From positions 1,304 through 65,303 of the forward strand of contig CANQYE010000003.1 of assembly GCA_947627995.1 (NCBI GenBank): a stretch of 64,000 bases of DNA. Direction: 5' to 3'. This DNA comes from an uncultured Bacilli bacterium (GTDB lineage: Bacteria; Bacillota_I; Bacilli_A; RF39; UBA660). This document shows positions 57,989-64,000 of this stretch, in pieces. The position numbers were made by a program, and so were the translations under genes. Under the pieces are notes generated by a model. That model was not told the origin of the DNA, ran no database searches, and saw nothing but the letters and a program-made list of their open reading frames with translations. The stretch's first letter is position 1. Each line of letters starts with the position of its first letter.

Positions 57989-60931
57989 TTAAATTAAATC
58001 ATTAAGTTTAACAGAAACTAATTTAGATACCCCACTTTCTTGCATAGTTATACCATATAACGTATCAGCATATTCCATAGTTCTTTTCTTATGTGTAATA
58101 ATAATAAATTGACTATTATTTTTTAACGAATTCAAATATTTGCCAAAAACATCAACATTGGCCTCATCTAATGATTCTTCTACTTCATCTAATATGCAAA
58201 AAGGGACTGTTTTGACATTAATAATTGCAAATAATAATGATAGTGCAGTCAATGTTTTTTCTCCTCCAGAAAGCAATGCGATAGAAGAGACTTTTTTGCC
58301 AGGAGGTTCTGCAATAATTTCAATTCCCGTTTCCAAAATATTATCTGGATTTGTTAGAATTAAATCCCCTTCTCCACCTTTAAATAATTTTTTGAAAATA
58401 TTTTTATATTCATTTCGAATCAGTTTAAAAGTATTTTTAAATCTTTCTACCATTATCTCATCCATTTCAGATATTATATTATTTAATTTTTCCAATGAAA
58501 TAACTAAATCATCTCTTTGTTTATTTAAGAATTCATATCTTGAATTAATTCGTTCATACTCATTTATTGCTGCTAAATTTACTTCACCCAATAATTTAAT
58601 TTTTTTCTTTAATTCTTGTACTTTTTCTCTTGCTTCTTTAACATCAATTATAAGCAAATAATTGTCTTTAGCTTTTTCATAAGTCATATTATATTCTTCA
58701 TTTAAATTATTTAAGCAATTATCAAGTCTGATCTCAGTTTTACTAATATTAATTTCTAAATTTTTAAGATTATTTTGTAATTCAAAATATTTAGAATTTC
58801 GCATTTTAGAGCTTTTTTCTTCCTCAGTTAACAGCAAAAAATTTTCATCTTTTTCATTTTTTAATGCATTTAATTCAATTTCTTTTGATTCTACTTTTTT
58901 CTTAAATTCATAATAATCATTCATTATCTTATCAAGCTCTTTATCTGTATTATTATGTACTAAAGAATTTATTCCTGATAATTCTAAATTTAAACTTTTA
59001 TTTTCTTCTTCTAAAGAATTAATAAATTGCTCTTTTTGAAAAATAATTTCCTTTTTTATAGATATATTTTTATTTAATTCTACTATTTTTTCATTTAAAT
59101 CATTATTTTGATTTATAATATTTTTTTCTTCTTCTTCTTGAGATAATTTTTTATTTTGCAATAAAATTTGTTTTTGTTGCAATTCTTGCAATTCTTTTTT
59201 ATCGTTTATAACACTAGCTGCTTTATTAAATCCTCCTGTTAAAGAGCCACCAGCATTAATTGTATCCCCAGATAAAGTAACAATTTTATTACGATACCCT
59301 ATAGTCTCAGCAATAATTTTACCATTATATAAGTTATCTACAATAATAACATTACCTAATTGGTTTTTAATAATATTTTCATATATTTTATCAACTTGTA
59401 CTAAATCTGAAGCAACACTTATAAAACCTGATAAATTATTAATTTTATTTAAAATTTTATCATCAATATAACGTGCTTTTATAATATCAATTGGGAAAAA
59501 AGTTGCTTTACCTGCTTTAATCTTTTTAATATATTCAATAGCATTTTTAGCATCATTCATTGTATCAACTATAATAAAATTAGTAGCTACAGATAAAGCA
59601 GTATCTAAAGCTATATTATAAATAGGATCAGACTTTATAATATTGCCAATTGTATTATGAATCCCTTTTAAAAATTTATTTTCTAATACAGCTTTAACGG
59701 CATACGGAACTCGAGAATTATTTGCTATGTTATTGGAAATAATATCAATTTTATTTTCTATATTAATCATATTTTTATCTAATTCCATATTTTTCTGTTT
59801 TAAAATAGCTAAATTATTTATAATAGTATCATTTTCCCCATTCGTTTCATCCAACGAAGATAATAAGTTATCTAATTCTTTATTAACTTTATTAATTTCT
59901 AATTTTGTTTTATTTATTTTATTATCATTTTCCAAAACTTTTTCTTTTAACGAAATAATATTGTTTTGTAATTTAATATCATCAACCTTATATTTTTGTC
60001 TTTCTAAAGTAAGTTGTTTTTCACTTTTTAATTCTTCAATTACTTTATTTAATTTAATTATCTCTTCACTTTTTTCAGAAATCAATTCATCAATTTTTAA
60101 ATTTTTAAGTTTTATTTGTTCAATTTTAGTATTGTCTTTTAAATTTTCGTTTTCTATTAATAAAATCTTATCTTTTAAAGTTTCTAGCTGTTCTTTTGCG
60201 TTAATATATTCTTCATTTAAATGTTCGATATCATAAATTAATAGACCTATTTCTGTATTTTTTAACTCTTCATAATATTCATTATATTTTTTTGCCTTTT
60301 CTGCTTGTGATTTTAATGGAGTAACTTGCATGTTAACTTCATTTATCAATAAATCTAAGCTATCAATGTTATCTTTTGTTTTATCAAGTTTACGTAAAGA
60401 TTCTTCTTTTTTCTTTTTATATTTCAAAACTCCAGCTGCTGATTCAAAAATTATTCTTCGATCTATAGCTTTAGAATTAATAACGTCCTTAACATTACCT
60501 TGAGAAATAATATTAAAGCTTTCTCTACTAGCTCCACTATCAATAAATAAGTCAATTATATCTTTAAGGCGAACTTTAGTGTTATTTAAATAATAATCAT
60601 TTTCACCTGTTTTATATAAAACTCTTTTAATTTCAATTTCATCAAAATCACTTTTTAAATAATGATCAGAATTATCAAAAGTTAAAGCTACATAACAACG
60701 TTTTGCTTCATCCCTTGACTTACTTCCAGAAAATATAACATCACTCATGTTATTATCACCACGTAGTGCTTTAACCGATTGTTCTCCTAAAACCCAACGA
60801 ACAGCATCAACTATATTACTTTTTCCACTTCCATTTGGACCTACAATCCCAGTTATACCAAAATCAATATTAAGTTCAATTTTATCAGCAAAAGATTTAA
60901 AGCCGTTGGCACAAATTTTAATTAACTTCAT
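57989..60931 (-). CDS. smc: Chromosome partition protein Smc (short, 980 aa)
   Basis: Walker A GPNGSGKSNIVDAVRWVLGEQS, a hinge domain and the C-terminal LSGGEKTLTALSLLFAI signature plus Walker B CILDEVE are present. Confidence 0.9.
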   Translation of the reverse strand: MKLIKICANGFKSFADKIELNIDFGITGIVGPNGSGKSNIVDAVRWVLGEQSVKALRGDNNMSDVIFSGSKSRDEAKRCYVALTFDNSDHYLKSDFDEIEIKRVLYKTGENDYYLNNTKVRLKDIIDLFIDSGASRESFNIISQGNVKDVINSKAIDRRIIFESAAGVLKYKKKKEESLRKLDKTKDNIDSLDLLINEVNMQVTPLKSQAEKAKKYNEYYEELKNTEIGLLIYDIEHLNEEYINAKEQLETLKDKILLIENENLKDNTKIEQIKLKNLKIDELISEKSEEIIKLNKVIEELKSEKQLTLERQKYKVDDIKLQNNIISLKEKVLENDNKINKTKLEINKVNKELDNLLSSLDETNGENDTIINNLAILKQKNMELDKNMINIENKIDIISNNIANNSRVPYAVKAVLENKFLKGIHNTIGNIIKSDPIYNIALDTALSVATNFIIVDTMNDAKNAIEYIKKIKAGKATFFPIDIIKARYIDDKILNKINNLSGFISVASDLVQVDKIYENIIKNQLGNVIIVDNLYNGKIIAETIGYRNKIVTLSGDTINAGGSLTGGFNKAASVINDKKELQELQQKQILLQNKKLSQEEEEKNIINQNNDLNEKIVELNKNISIKKEIIFQKEQFINSLEEENKSLNLELSGINSLVHNNTDKELDKIMNDYYEFKKKVESKEIELNALKNEKDENFLLLTEEEKSSKMRNSKYFELQNNLKNLEINISKTEIRLDNCLNNLNEEYNMTYEKAKDNYLLIIDVKEAREKVQELKKKIKLLGEVNLAAINEYERINSRYEFLNKQRDDLVISLEKLNNIISEMDEIMVERFKNTFKLIRNEYKNIFKKLFKGGEGDLILTNPDNILETGIEIIAEPPGKKVSSIALLSGGEKTLTALSLLFAIINVKTVPFCILDEVEESLDEANVDVFGKYLNSLKNNSQFIIITHKKRTMEYADTLYGITMQESGVSKLVSVKLNDLI

Positions 60932-60941
60932 ATTTCATCAC

Positions 60942-61595
60942 CTATTTTGCTTGTTTTTTAAGGGCATTAAAAGCCGCTTGTTGTTCCGCCTCTTTTTTAC
61001 TTTTTCCCTTTCCTATACCATAAATTAATCCATCAATAATAACTTCTACTTTAAATAATTTATCATGAGCTGGTCCTGTTTCTTTGATTACTTTATAATT
61101 AAGCGTTTTTTTTGTAGTTTGAGTCATTTCTTGAAGCAATGATTTATAATCATCAAAAAATAAATAATCTTTTTTTATATAAGGAACAATGATTTTATAA
61201 ATAAAATCATGAACTTTATCATAGCCACAATCTAAATATATCACAGCAATAATGCTCTCAAAAATATCGGCAATTATTGAATCTTTTTTTTCTTGTCCAT
61301 TTCCCAACTTTATATATTTATCAAATTCATTTTTTTTAGCATAAAAACACAATGCTTTTTCACATACAAAACTAGCTCTTATTTTACTCATTTTTCCTTC
61401 ATCTAAATTTTTTTCTTGATAAAAATATTCGCTAATTACAGCTTCTAAAACGGCATCTCCTAAAAACTCTAATCTTTCATAGCTTCGACAATTATGTTCA
61501 TTTGCAAATGAGCTATGAGTAAGCGCCTCATCGATTAGTTGTTTATTATTAATAATTATTCCAAACTTTTTTAATTTTTCTAACATTTTATTCAC
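60942..61595 (-). CDS. rnc: Ribonuclease III
   Basis: ERLEFLGDAVLEAVISEYF is present, with a C-terminal dsRBD. Confidence 0.88.
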   Translation of the reverse strand: MNKMLEKLKKFGIIINNKQLIDEALTHSSFANEHNCRSYERLEFLGDAVLEAVISEYFYQEKNLDEGKMSKIRASFVCEKALCFYAKKNEFDKYIKLGNGQEKKDSIIADIFESIIAVIYLDCGYDKVHDFIYKIIVPYIKKDYLFFDDYKSLLQEMTQTTKKTLNYKVIKETGPAHDKLFKVEVIIDGLIYGIGKGKSKKEAEQQAAFNALKKQAK

Positions 61596-61688
61596 CCTTA
61601 TAGCATCTATTATATCAAAATATAAACTAAATTGCGAAAATAAATTTAAAAATTATTAAAAGTATGTTAAAATTAAAAAGGTGATATA

Positions 61689-61910
61689 ATGAAATATGTT
61701 TTAATTGGTTTAATATATATATATCAGATTACACCACTTCACTCACATACAAGATGTAGATACTATCCGACATGTTCTGCATATATGATTGAAGCATTAA
61801 ATAAATATGGCTTTATAAAAGGAATTATATTAGGAATTAAAAGGATTATAAAATGTAATCCATTAGGTAGCTATGGATATGATCCACTGCCAATCAAGGA
61901 GGAAAAATGA
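61689..61910 (+). CDS. yidD: Membrane protein insertion efficiency factor YidD
   Basis: YQITPLHSHTRCRYYPTCSAY is the family signature. Confidence 0.8.
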   Translation: MKYVLIGLIYIYQITPLHSHTRCRYYPTCSAYMIEALNKYGFIKGIILGIKRIIKCNPLGSYGYDPLPIKEEK

Positions 61911-62773
61911 AAAAATTTTTTAATATACTGATATTTACTTTAATTTTATTAACAACAGCAGGATGTTTTAAGCGTGATGATTTAGAAGATATTGAAATAG
62001 TAACTACTGTTTATCCTATAGAATTTTTAGTAGATAGTTTATATGGCTACAACTCAGAAGTAAAAAGTATCTATCCTAATGAAATTAATGTAGAAAAATA
62101 TAATTTAACAAGTAAACAAATAAAAGATTTTAGTAAAGCTAAAATATTTGTATATAATGGTTTATCAAACGAAAAAAATATTGCTGCTAAATTAATTAAT
62201 CAAAATAATGATTTAAAAATTATCGATGTTACCCAAGGACTAGAATATACAAATTCCATTGAAGAATTATGGATCTCACCAGCTAATTATTTAATGATGG
62301 CCCAAAATATTAAAAATAGTTTAAAGGAATATATTTCAAATAAATATGTTAAAGAAGAAATAGATAAAAATTACAATAAATTGAAAATATCCTTATCAGA
62401 AATAGATGCAGAACTTAAAATTATCGCAGAAACTTCTGATAATAAAACTATAATAACAAGTAATAAAATGTTTAATTATTTAGCAAAATATGGTTTTGAA
62501 GTAATTTGTTTAGACGAAACAACAAACGTAGATCAAACAACAATACGAAAAGTAAAAAGACTAATAAACGAAGGTGTTATAAAAATTATTTTTACTAAAC
62601 AAGGTGAAGAAGATAATAATATAATAAAAGAAATTAAAAATGAAACTAATGTTGAAACTTTTGCTTTTTACACTATGACAAACCTTACAGAAAATGAAAG
62701 AAAAAATGAAACTAATTATTTGACATTAGCAAAGCAAAATATTGATGCAATAAAAAAAGAAATGTATGAATAA
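61907..62773 (+). CDS. TroA/ZnuA-fold substrate-binding lipoprotein lacking the metal-ligand histidines
   Basis: It has a lipobox LLTTAGC and the overall ZnuA-like layout (ELWISPANY compares with DPHIWLSP). The protein has zero His residues. It overlaps yidD by 4 nt. Confidence 0.45.
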   Translation: MKKFFNILIFTLILLTTAGCFKRDDLEDIEIVTTVYPIEFLVDSLYGYNSEVKSIYPNEINVEKYNLTSKQIKDFSKAKIFVYNGLSNEKNIAAKLINQNNDLKIIDVTQGLEYTNSIEELWISPANYLMMAQNIKNSLKEYISNKYVKEEIDKNYNKLKISLSEIDAELKIIAETSDNKTIITSNKMFNYLAKYGFEVICLDETTNVDQTTIRKVKRLINEGVIKIIFTKQGEEDNNIIKEIKNETNVETFAFYTMTNLTENERKNETNYLTLAKQNIDAIKKEMYE

Positions 62774-62826
62774 AAAAGTTTGACTAATAATAATAAATAT
62801 TGTAAAATTAGTTTGCAAGCTTTTTT

Positions 62827-62917
62827 GGAGAAGTACTCAAGAGGCTGAAGAGGCGCCCCTGCTAAGGGTGTAGGTCGGGTAACTGGCGCGAGGGTTCAAA
62901 TCCCTCCTTCTCCGCCA
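62827..62917 (+). tRNA. tRNA-Ser (GCU)
   Basis: It has a long variable arm, anticodon loop CTGCTAA, acceptor GGAGAAG/CTTCTCC and an encoded CCA. Confidence 0.88.
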
Positions 62918-62926
62918 TAAAAAAAT

Positions 62927-62952
62927 AACTCTTTTTATAAGAGTTTTTTTAT
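62927..62952 (+). terminator. Rho-independent terminator after tRNA-Ser
   Basis: aactctttttataagagtt followed by tttttt. Confidence 0.55.
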
Positions 62953-62964
62953 TAATAAATGTTT

Positions 62965-63690
62965 TTAAAAAACTGATCTTTTAATTATATAATCTTTTAG
63001 ATATTTAGTATTTCCTGCATCTTTTTCTACAAATTCCAAAAAACAATCTTCGACATCTACATTTCTGGCATAATATTCATATCTAGCAGTTAAATTATCT
63101 AAAAATTCATCATAAGAACATGACTTAGAAACAAATGGAACTTGCTCAGATATAATTTGTTTAATTAACGTATATATAGCCCTTCTATTAGCTTTTTTAT
63201 AAAAAGAACTACTATCCGATTCTACATTTATAAAAGCCCCTGTATCATTAATAAAAATTTCTTTATCGTAAATAATATTATGAGTATCTACATCCATGGA
63301 TAGAATATTTTTTTCGCTAATTTTATCTATATCTTTTATAAGGCGGAAAATATTATTCATAAAATCAGACATTGCCATATCTATTATATTACCATCCCTA
63401 TATGTATCTTTTTTATAATCAGTAGCAATCGCACTAAATTTTTCTTTTTCATTATAGAGTATATATTTTGGAACCAATATATTTGTAGTTTTAATTTTAG
63501 AAAGTAAGATATTTAAATATTCAATATATTTTATATTTTGACTTCGCAAATATAATTCATAAAATTTTTTTATGGCCAAATCATAATTATTATCTTGATA
63601 TCTATAGACATTACCTTCATATGAATCATCACTTATTTTAATTCCTAAACTTGAAATAAAAAATTTTTTATCTTTTGTATGTAATAACAT
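62965..63690 (-). CDS. Hypothetical protein with a possible kinase-like (APH/CotS-type) catalytic-loop motif
   Basis: MDVDTHNIIYDKEIFINDTGAF resembles the HxDxxxxN ... IDxG arrangement. Start is the ATG after GGAGG; the track start at 63720 is an extension. Confidence 0.35.
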   Translation of the reverse strand: MLLHTKDKKFFISSLGIKISDDSYEGNVYRYQDNNYDLAIKKFYELYLRSQNIKYIEYLNILLSKIKTTNILVPKYILYNEKEKFSAIATDYKKDTYRDGNIIDMAMSDFMNNIFRLIKDIDKISEKNILSMDVDTHNIIYDKEIFINDTGAFINVESDSSSFYKKANRRAIYTLIKQIISEQVPFVSKSCSYDEFLDNLTARYEYYARNVDVEDCFLEFVEKDAGNTKYLKDYIIKRSVF

Positions 63691-63888
63691 AATTCCTCCA
63701 ATGCATATATAATATATCATGTTATGAAAAATATCAATTTTTTTATATTATCCTTTATAATAAATATTTAAAAAAATTGAATTTTTCTTTTTATTTAATT
63801 TAAGATTTTTCAAAAATAATATTTATCCTAAAAGTACTTTACACAAATGATTAAAAAAAGTATAATATACCACAAAGGATTGAAAATT

Positions 63889-64000
63889 ATGTATGATAAA
63901 TTTTTTTATAGTTTATATAACAACTTTAATTGCGAGATAAATCATGATAATCCTATTGAAACTCTTAAAAAAATAAATAATTTATTTTGTAATTTAGGAA
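63889..64000 (+). CDS. Hypothetical protein, 5' fragment running off the window
   Basis: The ORF is open to the window edge. Confidence 0.3.
   Translation, partial: MYDKFFYSLYNNFNCEINHDNPIETLKKINNLFCNLG

Overview
This is an extremely AT-rich (roughly 25% GC) chromosomal segment from a low-GC Firmicutes or Mollicutes-related bacterium. It uses the standard genetic code: TGA terminates every long ORF and TGG encodes Trp. The window is dominated by housekeeping genes in clear Bacillus-like synteny. The recognisable blocks are uvrC(partial)-gpmI, dnaB(DnaD-like)-dnaI-[T-box]-thrS, tex-era-yqzL-recO-[T-box]-LOG-glyQS, a SpoIVFA/SpoIVFB-like pair followed by rplU-prp-rpmA, comN-like-rel-dtd, [T-box]-hisS-aspS-gatCAB, tcdA, gpsA-rarA on the minus strand, xerD, rluD-like, zupT, mnmA, rnc-smc on the minus strand, and yidD. 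It also carries xfp phosphoketolase, a phosphohexomutase, a GDPD family phosphodiesterase, and six tRNAs: Pro(UGG) and Ser(GCU) on the plus strand, and a minus-strand cluster of Thr(CGU), Glu(UUC), Ile(GAU) and Lys(CUU). Three T-box leaders, several consensus sigma-A promoters and rho-independent terminators are visible. I found no CRISPR array, IS element, integrase island or restriction-modification genes. The accessory or unexplained content is: (1) a stand-alone HerA/FtsK-superfamily ATPase between gatB and tcdA; (2) an approximately 170-nt structured leader just downstream of it; (3) an HTH regulator with a GTG-initiated 279-aa protein and an upstream small ORF; (4) a tandem pair of N/K-rich repeat membrane proteins; (5) an FGE-sulfatase-like extracytoplasmic protein; (6) a lone type IV pilin; and (7) several unannotated small ORFs. 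All calls rest on motif recognition by eye in the translated ORFs; no database searches were possible.
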